Of a stretch of 64,000 nt of DNA, positions 1-9,444 are shown piece by piece. Location: contig CAYGDW010000009.1 of NCBI GenBank assembly GCA_964348755.1, positions 38 through 64,037 on the forward strand. Direction: 5' to 3'. This DNA comes from an uncultured Bacteroidales bacterium. Lineage in GTDB: Bacteria > Bacteroidota > Bacteroidia > Bacteroidales > UBA7960. Every line of letters begins with the position of its first letter. Within the stretch, counting starts at the first letter, position 1. The notes under the pieces are model-generated. The model searched no databases. It saw only the letters and a list, made by a program, of their open reading frames with translations, and had not been told where the DNA came from. The position numbers and the translations under genes were made by a program.

Positions 1-389
1 AACGGCAAGAATTCTTTTTTTATCCGTATAATTACTTATTAATCCATTTGCGTAATTCCTAATGCATAATTAGGGAAAAATTCTAATTGACAAAAATTGT
101 CATTATCCTTACTTTTATCGTAATTGATTCCTAATTTTTTGCACAAGTTTACGAATTTCGAAAAATTATTTTTTTGTATTCTACTATTATGATATTGACA
201 AATATTCATGTTATTGACAAGTTTATGAAACGACATTGCAGACAGACACGATAGCCACCGGCAATTCGGTTTGATAATTCTTTACAGTTACGACTGAAAA
301 TAAAAAAAGTGGAAACCAGAGACCACTTTAAAAAACGGGGCGACGCCAAAAAGCCAAACAAGTAGGGCGAAATTAAATCATTAAAACCA

Positions 390-980
390 ATGAAAACTAA
401 ATTACTTCTTACTATCGGAGTTGTACTATTGATTTTAGTGCCGTTTACATCCTGTGAAAAGGGGAAAAATAACCCAGAAAGATATTCATTTTGGAAGGGA
501 GACATTGTGAATTATTATTACATCCTAGACATGAATGAAAAAAAGCTTCACCTGGTAAAAGGCAAACCTTTTATGGTTATGGAGTATGATCCATTAAGCG
601 GTGCACCGATTCGATGTGAGTTTGGCCTCAGCGAGGCTAAAAATGAATATTTGCCAGGGGTGCAAGGAGCCATTCCTGAGCCATTTTTATATGCTAGTGA
701 CCTGGAGTACGCCAAAAAATTAAATTTGACAGGAAGTGCTGCTCTTTTAATTGGTTGGGGTGATGGAGTTACCGTCAATGAGCAATTAACTGCCGGGGGT
801 TACAGATTTTCAGTAGACAAAGGAAGTGACTTATGGGGACATGAAATTTTAAAATTCACTTTTACAAACGAAGGAATGGAGGGTGAAATTAATAACGCAA
901 CAGTTGGGTGGGGAGGCCGAATTTCTGATGGCAGAGCCTTCATGATGCTTAGAAAGTTTAATAGCAACTCATTAAAATAA
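390..980 (+). CDS. hypothetical lipoprotein
   Basis: ATG ORF of 196 aa. The N-terminal hydrophobic signal peptide ends in a lipobox-like LVPFTS-C. No family recognised. Confidence 0.55.
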   Translation: MKTKLLLTIGVVLLILVPFTSCEKGKNNPERYSFWKGDIVNYYYILDMNEKKLHLVKGKPFMVMEYDPLSGAPIRCEFGLSEAKNEYLPGVQGAIPEPFLYASDLEYAKKLNLTGSAALLIGWGDGVTVNEQLTAGGYRFSVDKGSDLWGHEILKFTFTNEGMEGEINNATVGWGGRISDGRAFMMLRKFNSNSLK

Positions 981-1062
981 GACCTTATAAATTCGATAAT
1001 GGCTGTTTTAGGATGGAGTCAATATTAAGAGGCCCCCTTTTAGTTTAACCAGCCCATAACAC

Positions 1063-1172
1063 GCGGTATGTTTGATTGCCGATCAGTGCGGATTTCTGCG
1101 TTTCTGCGTCTAATTAACTATCGTCTAACCTGACAGAGAAGTGCTTCGAAATCGGCAACAAAAACATACCGC
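1063..1172. repeat. imperfect 21/22-nt inverted repeat enclosing an 8-bp tandem duplication
   Basis: The left arm gcggtatgtttgattgccgat (1063-1083) pairs with the reverse complement of atcggcaacaaaaacataccgc (1151-1172), with 19 matched positions. The motif tttctgcg is duplicated in tandem at 1093-1108. Confidence 0.6.
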
Positions 1173-2655
1173 CAAACCGAAGGTTGCAGCCCCGAATGGC
1201 CAGCAGCTCCGACAACTTCCTTGACTGATAACTGCAGCCCGGGCGGTACATTAACTGGCATAGCTGGTGAGGTTATAACCGATGGTTGCTATCAATATAT
1301 TGATTATACCTTTAATGTTTCAGACCGGTGCGGGAATACTGCAACACCAGTGGTTGTAAGGATAACCAGTAATCATGATGTTGCAGCACCGGTATTCACT
1401 TTTGTACCAGAGGATGTTTCGGTTGCCTGCCCCTCGGATGTAAAGCTTGTTATGGCAACTGCTGAGGACAAATGCGGTACTGTGGAGGTAACCTATCAGG
1501 ATGTTTTTTCTGATAAGATTTGTATAGATGCTTACAAAATTACCAGGACTTTTACTGCAACAGATGAGTGTGGTAACAAAGCAACAGCCGTACAAATAAG
1601 GTGTAGGTTGTGTTGATTTCGAGTTTCCAGAAGGCGAAACCGTGATCTATTTCTACGTTGTTGATGAGTCTGGCAATGAATCTGAAAAGACTTTCATTAC
1701 CATCACAGTTGAGCCATGCATGTACTGCTCCCTTACCCAGGGAGGCTTCGGCAATGGCGGTGGCACCTACTGCGAAATGAGCACCAGTGAACTGCTCAAA
1801 GCATTGCTTATGGCAAACAACGACCTCACCGTAGGAAGTGGTAACCAAACCTTTGCCATACCTGCTACGGGTGCTGACAGTGTAATCAGGATTCTTCCAG
1901 GTGGCGAAACACCCGCTGCACTGCCTGTTGGGCAATGGGGGTGCGCTAATCCTGGCAATCTTTTGAATCATAGAACTGGTCGTATTTCTAATAACCTGCT
2001 ATCGCAGACCATAGTGTTCCAGTTAAATATATACTGGTCGCCAGGTATAATTGATCTGAAGTTCCGCAACCGTACGTTTTACACCTCTGCCTCTTCGGCA
2101 TGCCCCGATAAGTTCAATCCGCAGCCCGTGGGTACCTGGAAAATGTACTCATTCCCAGCTTCTGTCTGGAACAAACTTTCGGCAGATGATGGAAAGTTGG
2201 GTATTGCTGATCTCCTCGAACTGGCTAATAAACCCCTTGGAGGGGGATACCTTGGATTGCCAATCAGTGCATTTTATGAAGCAGTAGATATGCTCAACAA
2301 TGCTTTCCACGAGTGTGCGTTCTTGTCGTACAATCCTCAGGTTGGCGTTGATACCCAGACTGATGAACAAAACCTGGTTAAAGTTGAACCTTCAATTAGT
2401 ATGAATATGGCTCCGAACCCGTTCAGGAATCAAACTAAAATCAGTTTTAGCATTGAACACGATACTGAAGTTATTGTGGAAGTATTAACACTGCAGGGAA
2501 CAAAGGTTGCTGTTCTATTCAACGAGCCTGTAAAGGCCCATGCAATAGACTCAGTTGATTTTAGCGCCACAATAACAGGCAGCAGGCAAATTTATCTGGT
2601 GGTTGTTCGTACACCTTACGGATGGGCAACCATGCAAATGATAAACGTTCGATAA
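1134..2655 (+). pseudogene. fragmented T9SS-sorted cell-surface repeat protein (HYR-like Cys repeats plus type A C-terminal sorting domain)
   Basis: The frame opens at 1134 with no ATG or signal peptide and starts mid-repeat (..SLTDNCSPGG.., ..TFTATDECGNKATAVQ..). The reading frame breaks near 1590-1600. The same repeat type then continues in another frame (GVGCVDFEFPEGETVIYFYVVDESGNES..ITVEPC). The C-terminus (NPFRNQTKISFSI..VEVLTLQGTKV..IYLVVV) fits the Por/T9SS CTD pattern. Confidence 0.6.
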
Positions 2656-2676
2656 AATTCTGTTTTTGTGGATAAC

Positions 2677-2717
2677 AAAAGAGGCTGTCTCTTGATTACG
2701 AGACAGCCTCTTTTGTT
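2677..2717 (+). terminator. rho-independent terminator
   Basis: An 11-bp perfect stem (gaggctgtctc / gagacagcctc) with an 8-nt loop is followed by ttttgtt. It lies about 20 nt after the stop at 2655. Confidence 0.75.
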
Positions 2718-2953
2718 ATTAATCAATCATAAAGACCCTCTGGGAAGCCATTAAAATGAACCAGCCTCTTTTTGGTAAAACAACTTGAAAACCTTTAAGG
2801 TTAACTAACATCAATTTATCTGCAATTAAATAAAAAAACTGTTGTACTTAGGTTAATTTTGCCCTTTAATTGAAGCACCATTGTGCTATATGTATTTGCC
2901 ATTAATTTGAGGTAATTTAGTAAACTACTATTTGGTATTAAACGGCAATAGAA

Positions 2954-4117
2954 ATGACCTTTTTAGATAAAGCTCTTGAGAAGCAACTTATAGAACTAAG
3001 AAAAAGCTTGCACAGGCATCCTGAGCTTTCGGGCAAAGAGGTGCAAACTCCATCGCGACTAAAAAAATTTCTAAAGGAATTTACACCCGATGAAATAAGG
3101 GAAAAGGTGGGAGGCAATGGATTGCTTGTGCTGTTTAATTCGGGTAAGCCCGGGCCCGATTTATTGCTCAGGGCTGATATGGATGCCCTTGCAATTGACG
3201 AGGCCAACCATTTTGATCATCGCTCCGAAAATGAAGGTGTTTCGCACAAATGCGGGCACGATGGGCACATGGCTATAATGGCCGGAGTGGCGGCAACACT
3301 TTCAAAGCACCGACCCCACAAAGGCCGGGTGGCTTTGTTGTTTCAGCCCGAGGAAGAAACCGGGCGCGGTGCCGAAAAGTCGCTTAACGACCCATTTTTT
3401 GAAAACTTTAGGACAGAGCTGGTTTTCGCAATGCACAACCTGCCCGGGTTCGACGAAGGCGTCGTAGCACTAAGGCACGGACCATTTGCCAGTGCCTCTC
3501 GCGGAATGATTATAAAACTTCAGGGGGCCTCCTCGCATGCAGCATATCCTGAGCAGGGAAAGAGCCCGGTAAAGGTTGTTTCCGGATTGCTCGATGGGTT
3601 GACAAATATTCCAAAACTTAAAGAATTATTTGAAAATTTTTGCCTGGTTACAATTATTCATGCACGGCTTGGCGAAAGAGCTTTTGGTACCAGTCCGGGC
3701 GATGCAGTGGTGATGGCCACCCTGCGCTCATACCTCGACACTGATATGGAAAAACTTACCGCAAAGGCCCAAAGCTTAGTGCATCAATTATGCAAAAAAT
3801 TTCAAATTGATTACGAAATACAATATACCGAGGTTTATCCTGCAACTGTAAACCACGCCGCAGCACTTAATATGGTTGAAAAGGCCGCAAATAAAAGTAA
3901 TGCAAAAACAGTATGGATAAAAGAACCGTTCCCCTGGTCAGAAGACTTTGGGCATTTTACTGCTAAATACCCCGGTGCATTTTTCGGAATAGGTACAGGT
4001 ATTGACCAGCCTGGATTGCATAGCAATAAATTTGATTTTAACGACAGGATTATTGAAAAAGGGGTTAATGTTTTTATGAACATTATAGGCCAGGTAAACC
4101 ATTTTAATGAATTTTAA
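2954..4117 (+). CDS. M20D-family amidohydrolase (N-acyl-amino acid / hippurate hydrolase type)
   Basis: 387 aa with the motifs HKCGHDGH and LLFQPEEE, and a length typical of peptidase M20D. Confidence 0.8.
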   Translation: MTFLDKALEKQLIELRKSLHRHPELSGKEVQTPSRLKKFLKEFTPDEIREKVGGNGLLVLFNSGKPGPDLLLRADMDALAIDEANHFDHRSENEGVSHKCGHDGHMAIMAGVAATLSKHRPHKGRVALLFQPEEETGRGAEKSLNDPFFENFRTELVFAMHNLPGFDEGVVALRHGPFASASRGMIIKLQGASSHAAYPEQGKSPVKVVSGLLDGLTNIPKLKELFENFCLVTIIHARLGERAFGTSPGDAVVMATLRSYLDTDMEKLTAKAQSLVHQLCKKFQIDYEIQYTEVYPATVNHAAALNMVEKAANKSNAKTVWIKEPFPWSEDFGHFTAKYPGAFFGIGTGIDQPGLHSNKFDFNDRIIEKGVNVFMNIIGQVNHFNEF

Positions 4118-4219
4118 AAGCAAACAAGACAATAATAAAGTCGAAAATTCACACAGAAGTCAACCTTTTTTAAAAAAAAATTAAACATATTTTTGCCAAA
4201 GCCAATTAAATTTTATTCT

Positions 4220-5248
4220 ATGCTTACCAACCGTAGTTTTGCCAGCGACAACAATGCTCCAGTTCATCAAATGGTTTTTAAAGCTATGATCGATGCCAAT
4301 AATGGAGATGCCATTGCTTATGGCAATGATGATTATACCAGAGAGGCCGGGCAAAAGTTCAGGCAAATATTTGGAGAAGGAGCAAGTGTTTTTTTTGTTT
4401 TTAACGGAACCGGAGCTAATGTATCTGCACTTTCGCACCTTACCCGCCCTTACCATGCTGTGGTTTGTGCTGAATCGGCCCATATTCAGAACGACGAATG
4501 TGGTGCCCCCGAAAAATTTACCGGATGCAAAGTCCTTGTGCTTCCAACTACAAATGGCAAAATTTATAAAAGTCAGATTAAACCCTTATTGCACTCAGTA
4601 GGTTTTGAACACCATGCCCAACCTAAGGTGATTTCAATTACCCAGGCCACCGAGTTGGGTACAGTTTATACACCAGACGAAATTTCTGATATTGCGGGGT
4701 TTGCCCACCAAAACGATATGTTTCTGCATATTGATGGTGCCCGATTGGCCAATGCGGCTGCATTTCTGGGAGTATCACTCCGTGAAATGGTAACCAATAC
4801 AGGGGTAGATGTGCTTTCATTTGGAGGAACTAAAAATGGCATCATGATTGGCGAAGCAGTTGTATTTTTAAACAACCGGTTGTCCGATGGTTTCAAATAC
4901 GTGCGCAAACAAAGTATGCAACTCGCTTCAAAAATGAGGTATATAAGCGCTCAATTCAATGCCCTTTTTACAAATGATCTGTGGCTGGAAAACGCTACTC
5001 ATGCAAATAATATGGCAAGAATGCTGGCCAAAAAGGTTAGTACAATTCCTCAAATAAAAATAACCCAACCGGTCGAAACCAATGGGGTCTTTGCTATCAT
5101 GCCAAATCAGGCTATTGAAAAATTGCAAAACAAATACTTCTTTTACGTGTGGGACCATAGCCGCTCTGAAGTCCGCTGGATGACATCGTTCAGCACAACT
5201 CCCGGTGACATTGACAATTTCGTTGAGGCGCTCAAAGAAGTGCTTTAA
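4220..5248 (+). CDS. ltaE: low-specificity L-threonine aldolase (beta-eliminating lyase fold)
   Basis: The N-terminus FASDNNAPVH..YGNDDYT and the later SFGGTKNG are typical of the threonine aldolase family. The ATG at 4220 is preferred over the TTG at 4193. Confidence 0.75.
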   Translation: MLTNRSFASDNNAPVHQMVFKAMIDANNGDAIAYGNDDYTREAGQKFRQIFGEGASVFFVFNGTGANVSALSHLTRPYHAVVCAESAHIQNDECGAPEKFTGCKVLVLPTTNGKIYKSQIKPLLHSVGFEHHAQPKVISITQATELGTVYTPDEISDIAGFAHQNDMFLHIDGARLANAAAFLGVSLREMVTNTGVDVLSFGGTKNGIMIGEAVVFLNNRLSDGFKYVRKQSMQLASKMRYISAQFNALFTNDLWLENATHANNMARMLAKKVSTIPQIKITQPVETNGVFAIMPNQAIEKLQNKYFFYVWDHSRSEVRWMTSFSTTPGDIDNFVEALKEVL

Positions 5249-5291
5249 TAAACACCTAATACAGTCCGATTAATTGTAATGAATTAATTTA

Positions 5292-6161
5292 TTACAGAAT
5301 CCTCGGAACTGTAATGTATTCATACATTTTGCTGAATATTAAACCAATTATTTCTGAACGAAACTTTTGCTTATTTTCAAAGTTTACCAGGTATTCAACC
5401 AACAGGCAAAGTTTCTCATTCCTGACATCAATGTACACATTTAAGTTGCCTTTTTCTTCCATAAAACTTTCAATGTCATTTTTAAGCTCTGCCTCCAACT
5501 CTTTATAATTTGCAGGCATCCCAGAAAGCTGTAGAATAATAATTTCTTGTATATGGATTTTCCCAAGATTGTTTATGCTCTTTTCCAGGAAAAGGCGATT
5601 GGGCACCCTGGTGTAATCTTCGGTAAGATCTGATGTTTTATCAATGAGCACATAAAAGGTGCCAATATGAAGCACTTTGCCTTCATCCTCCCCTATTCTT
5701 ATGTAGTCGCCAATCCTGAAAGGCTTTTTCAAAAGCAGCACCATCCATCCGAAAAACGAAAGCAATACATCCCTTACAGCAAAAGCAAGACCGGTGGCAA
5801 TCAAACCTATAAATAGGGTAATATTGCCCGGCGATACCCCCATTTGATTTAGAAGAACAAAAATACCGATGGTATATAATGCCCAACTGTAAATTTTGGT
5901 ATAAAAAATCTTTTCTTCAGGTTCGTCAAACATTTTATGAACCCTTTTCAAGGTAAGCCTCAGTACCAGGCTAATGAAAAAAAGTGTGGAAATGATAACC
6001 AAAATCTTATTCATGAAGGCCACAATGTTCTCAGGAAGATTGATAACCTGCTTGCTTTGAAAATAAAGTGCAGCCAGCAAAATCAGTAATATTAGCAGCG
6101 TTATCATTACCAAAAGGTTATGAAACTTCAGCCGCAATTTATAAAACCTAATTTCAGTCAT
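5292..6161 (-). CDS. mechanosensitive ion channel family protein (MscS-like)
   Basis: 289 aa with N-terminal TM helices followed by KKPFRIGDYIRIGEDEGKV..IG, the MscS beta-domain signature. Confidence 0.8.
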   Translation of the reverse strand: MTEIRFYKLRLKFHNLLVMITLLILLILLAALYFQSKQVINLPENIVAFMNKILVIISTLFFISLVLRLTLKRVHKMFDEPEEKIFYTKIYSWALYTIGIFVLLNQMGVSPGNITLFIGLIATGLAFAVRDVLLSFFGWMVLLLKKPFRIGDYIRIGEDEGKVLHIGTFYVLIDKTSDLTEDYTRVPNRLFLEKSINNLGKIHIQEIIILQLSGMPANYKELEAELKNDIESFMEEKGNLNVYIDVRNEKLCLLVEYLVNFENKQKFRSEIIGLIFSKMYEYITVPRIL

Positions 6162-6299
6162 ACTTTTAATATTTTAACAATGAAAAGAATTTCAAAAACC
6201 TTATTTTGTAACGGACTTGAAATAATTTGCAAAATAAGATAAAAAAACTCTGTTGTCGGGTAAATTCTTTTAGAATTAGCTTCGCTGCTACTTCGTGGT

Positions 6300-6437
6300 C
6301 TCACCCGCACATAAAGGATCGAAATAACAAGGCGTTTGCGGTTTTTTGCGTGGGTGGGTGTTGGTGGTGGCTTCGCCGCCTACAACAACTTATTAAAATA
6401 CTAACTATCTTCCCTTCCGAACGGATTGAAGAATCTC
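6300..6437. repeat. degenerate copy of the nested-palindrome intergenic element also found at 47923-48060
   Basis: It shares tcgaaataacaagg (6319-6332) with the other copy. It also shares a GGTGGTGGC-3nt-GCCGCC hairpin (6359-6387). The right arm ccttccgaacggattgaagaatctc (6413-6437) is 21/25 identical to 48034-48058. Spacing between the modules is similar in both copies. Confidence 0.55.
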
Positions 6438-6620
6438 GAACACGTAATACTTCTGTTAATAGATTTTTTAGGAAAATATTGATAACAAAATTAAAGTATG
6501 CCACATAATAGGATTGTTATTTAAGAATTGGATCCTCAAAACGTTTTTTATATCAAATAAAATTCCGATATTTGCACCCCTGAAAATTTCAGTTTTTCAC
6601 ATTATTAAATACAACAAAAA

Positions 6621-7160
6621 ATGCCAACAAGAATCAGACTACAGCGTAAAGGCAAAAAGGGTAGGCCCTTTTATCACCTGGTAGTTGCGGATGGTCGTGC
6701 ACCCCGAGACGGAAAATTTATTGAAAGACTTGGCAATTACAACCCAATGACGCACCCAGCTACCATTGAAATTGATTTTGAACGTGCCCTTTACTGGGTA
6801 CAGGTTGGGGCTCAACCCAGCGATACAGCCCGCAACATTTTGGCAAACCAGGGTGTAATGCTTAAACATCACCTCATTAAAGGAATTGCCAAAGGCGCTC
6901 TTACTCCCGAGCAGGTCGAAGAAAAGTTTAAAGCCTGGCAAGACGAAAAAAATGCCAAAATTGCAAAAATTGCTAAGGATAAAGAACTTTCGGGTAAAGA
7001 GTTAAACAAAAAGCGCCTTGAAGAAGAGCGCAAAGTAAAAGAAGCCCGCGAAAAGGAACTTGCAAAAAAACTTGCTGACGAAAACCTGACTGCAGCTAAT
7101 ACCGACCAGGACACTTCCAACGCTGAGGCACCGCAAACCCAGGAGCCTGCTGAAGAATAG
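6621..7160 (+). CDS. rpsP: 30S ribosomal protein S16 with long Lys/Glu-rich C-terminal extension
   Basis: [40 protein letters not shown] is the S16 signature. The roughly 90-aa charged tail is common in Bacteroidota. Confidence 0.95.
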   Translation: MPTRIRLQRKGKKGRPFYHLVVADGRAPRDGKFIERLGNYNPMTHPATIEIDFERALYWVQVGAQPSDTARNILANQGVMLKHHLIKGIAKGALTPEQVEEKFKAWQDEKNAKIAKIAKDKELSGKELNKKRLEEERKVKEAREKELAKKLADENLTAANTDQDTSNAEAPQTQEPAEE

Positions 7161-7189
7161 CATCCCACAACATAACCCTGTACCTCAGA

Positions 7190-7726
7190 ATGAACCAGGA
7201 TGAATGCTATTATCTGGGTTATGTAACTAAAACTTACGGGTTTAAGGGCGAGGTTATGATTTATCTCGATGCCGATAATCCGCATTATTACTGCAAATTG
7301 GAATCAGTTTTCATTCAGATTGAAGGGAAACTGATTCCCTTTTTTATTCAACAAATTAAATTAAGGCCCAACAAGGCCGAAGCAGCCGTTCGCTTTCAGG
7401 ATATTGATACCCCTGAAAAAGCCCAACGCCTTATTGGATGCGACCTGTATTTGCCCCTTGAATTGTTGCCTCCACTCAAGGGTAATGCCTTTTATTTTCA
7501 TGAAATAGCTGGTTTTGAGGCAATTGACAGAATTAAAGGCCACATTGGCATTATTTCAAGCGTTCTTGAATTTCCCGGAAACCCCGTTTTTCAAATTCTC
7601 TCTGGCACAAAAGAAGTGTTAATACCGGCACATGACAAATTTATAGAGAAGCTCGACCGCCCTAACAAGAAGATCTATCTCAAAGCCCCCGATGGCCTCA
7701 TTGATCTTTACCTAAATGAACAATAA
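7190..7726 (+). CDS. rimM: 16S rRNA processing protein RimM
   Basis: 178 aa located directly after rpsP. It has GYVTKTYGFKGEV and the PRC-barrel C-terminus typical of RimM. Confidence 0.88.
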   Translation: MNQDECYYLGYVTKTYGFKGEVMIYLDADNPHYYCKLESVFIQIEGKLIPFFIQQIKLRPNKAEAAVRFQDIDTPEKAQRLIGCDLYLPLELLPPLKGNAFYFHEIAGFEAIDRIKGHIGIISSVLEFPGNPVFQILSGTKEVLIPAHDKFIEKLDRPNKKIYLKAPDGLIDLYLNEQ

Positions 7727-8450
7727 CTCCGGCCTCTCTAACCAAAGGCTTTTTCATTTCAAACAATTTTCGCTGTCCGACAGTGACTGTGCAATGAAAA
7801 TTGGCACCGATGGTGTTTTGCTTGGAAGTGTTTCGGCCCTATACAATTCTGCCAAAACCCTCGATGTGGGCACTGGATGCGGTTTGATTGCATTTATGAT
7901 TGCCCAAAAATCAGACGCTCTGATAACCGGAATAGACCTGGACCCCATTGCCATAAATGTAGCAAATGAAAACCTAAAAAGAAATCCCTGGCAGAACCAA
8001 ATAAAATTTATTCAAAGCAGTTTTCAGGAATTTGCGGAAAAATCAAATGATAAATTCGACCTGATTGTATGTAACCCGCCCTTTTTCAACAACAGCCTCA
8101 AAGGCCCTGGCCACCTTAGAAACCTTGCCAGACACACCATATCCCTCAATCCTGACGATTTGCTAAAGGGCGTGCCATACTTGCTCAACCCTTTAGGTAC
8201 ATTCCTTTTAATAGCTCCTTGCGAGCAAGAAAAAAACTGGGTAAATTTAGCAAAGGCCAGCGCATTAAGTTGCTACATTAAGATTTTAATCTATCCCAAA
8301 CCTGGCAAACCCCCAAAAAGAATAATTTTGGGATTTTCATTTGGCAAAAATGATTTGGTAGAGGAATCGGTAACTATCGAAACCGAGGTTAGAAACATCT
8401 TTACCGATGGTTATAAAGCGCTTACTGCTGATTATTACCTCGATTTTTAA
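7716..8450 (+). CDS. trmN6: tRNA1(Val) (adenine37-N6)-methyltransferase
   Basis: FKQF.L..SDCAMKIGTDGVLLG, the SAM motif LDVGTGCG and the catalytic NPPFF are present. It overlaps the rimM end by 11 nt. Confidence 0.78.
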   Translation: MNNNSGLSNQRLFHFKQFSLSDSDCAMKIGTDGVLLGSVSALYNSAKTLDVGTGCGLIAFMIAQKSDALITGIDLDPIAINVANENLKRNPWQNQIKFIQSSFQEFAEKSNDKFDLIVCNPPFFNNSLKGPGHLRNLARHTISLNPDDLLKGVPYLLNPLGTFLLIAPCEQEKNWVNLAKASALSCYIKILIYPKPGKPPKRIILGFSFGKNDLVEESVTIETEVRNIFTDGYKALTADYYLDF

Positions 8451-8456
8451 TCAGAC

Positions 8457-9296
8457 CTATACCGAACCGGGCGAATTTTCCTGGGGCATTTCGGCTAAAA
8501 ACTTCTTCAATAACAAAATATTTTCAGTAATTACCGGTAGCCAATGCCCGGCCTCGGTCCATTGATTGCCTTTGATTTTTTTCTCCAGATTTTTTGCTGC
8601 GTGGGCAAGTTGAGAGGCGCCAAGGGTGCCGGCAAGGTTTTTTAGCGAAAAGCAATATTGTTCGCACCCTTGTGAATCTCCATTGTTAAAACTTTTAACC
8701 AAGCCCTCAAAGAAAGTTTCCATTTCCTTAACCCAACTGCTCCATAAACTTTTCAGTGAAAACTCCTGCCTGGCGGCAAGCTCTGAAAGTAAATAGTAAG
8801 TTCTTAAGTTTATTACAGGAAATTCTTCAAGTGATTGTTTAAGTGAAATATGTTGATTGATTTCTGCCTGGTGCAATGATAGGTCAATATATTTTCTTAG
8901 TCCATTTCTTAATGCTTGCGCACCCGACGGGAATTCTACCATTTCGCCAATACCCTTTATCTCCTCCTTAAATGCATTTTTGACTTTTGCGGAGGGGCAA
9001 AGCCCCAGTTCAGGCGAAAAATTTTCGATGTTCTCTGCCGCCTTTCCAAAAATACTTCCGGTTTTCTTCTCAGGGGTACCCATATTCACCACCAGGCAAC
9101 TCACAGGCCTTCTGCCAAATATCCCGAAAGGGTTTGCAAGATTGTTCTGGTTATTCCGAAAATATTCATTCTCATTCTTGCCAGTATCTACCAAACAATT
9201 GAAGGGAGAAACTGCCTTGGTTGTTTTTTTTGTTATTAATGACTGTGGTTGAACAACAAGCAGGGAGCTGCCTTGAGAGGGGTAAAATTTTTCCAT
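8457..9296 (-). CDS. hypothetical protein with C-terminal HPt-like four-helix region lacking the phospho-accepting His
   Basis: 279 aa. The C-terminal segment ..CEQYCFSLKNLAGTLGASQLAHAAKNLEKK.. resembles the HPt consensus (H)sLKGsagnlGa..l......lE, but has Phe at the His position. Confidence 0.45.
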   Translation of the reverse strand: MEKFYPSQGSSLLVVQPQSLITKKTTKAVSPFNCLVDTGKNENEYFRNNQNNLANPFGIFGRRPVSCLVVNMGTPEKKTGSIFGKAAENIENFSPELGLCPSAKVKNAFKEEIKGIGEMVEFPSGAQALRNGLRKYIDLSLHQAEINQHISLKQSLEEFPVINLRTYYLLSELAARQEFSLKSLWSSWVKEMETFFEGLVKSFNNGDSQGCEQYCFSLKNLAGTLGASQLAHAAKNLEKKIKGNQWTEAGHWLPVITENILLLKKFLAEMPQENSPGSV

Positions 9297-9395
9297 GTAT
9301 TTTGCAACTTGGTGAACCCAAAAATATATTTTATCTTATGGCTTTACCTCCGTAATTTTACTGAATAGGTTGCTTTTCAACCAGTATTTTTACGC

Positions 9396-9421
9396 AAAAA
9401 AAAACCCGGCATAGGCCGGGT
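9396..9421 (-). terminator. rho-independent terminator
   Basis: On the minus strand it reads acccggc-ctat-gccgggt followed by T9. It lies just downstream of the small lipoprotein gene. Confidence 0.8.
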
Positions 9422-9444
9422 ACATTCTTTCAAGCGCAAAGCAA

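Noticed and set aside
306-329. Hairpin aaagtgg-N10-ccacttt flanked by A/T runs, terminator-like on the minus strand.
   Set aside because: There is no minus-strand gene upstream for it to terminate within the window. The stem is short and AT-rich, so it could be chance or belong to an unseen transcript.
39-505. ORFs 39-236 (-) and 206-505 (-) at the left edge.
   Set aside because: The first lies in extremely AT-rich, repeat-bearing DNA and has an Asn/Lys/Phe-biased composition. The second overlaps the lipoprotein gene start and a hairpin. Neither has any motif support, so neither is called as a gene.
6227-6508. 93-aa ORF in the mscS / rpsP spacer.
   Set aside because: It is read straight through the palindromic repeat element (..CVGGCWWWLRRLQQ.. 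comes from the GC hairpin). It is a TTG-start model with no protein-like features.
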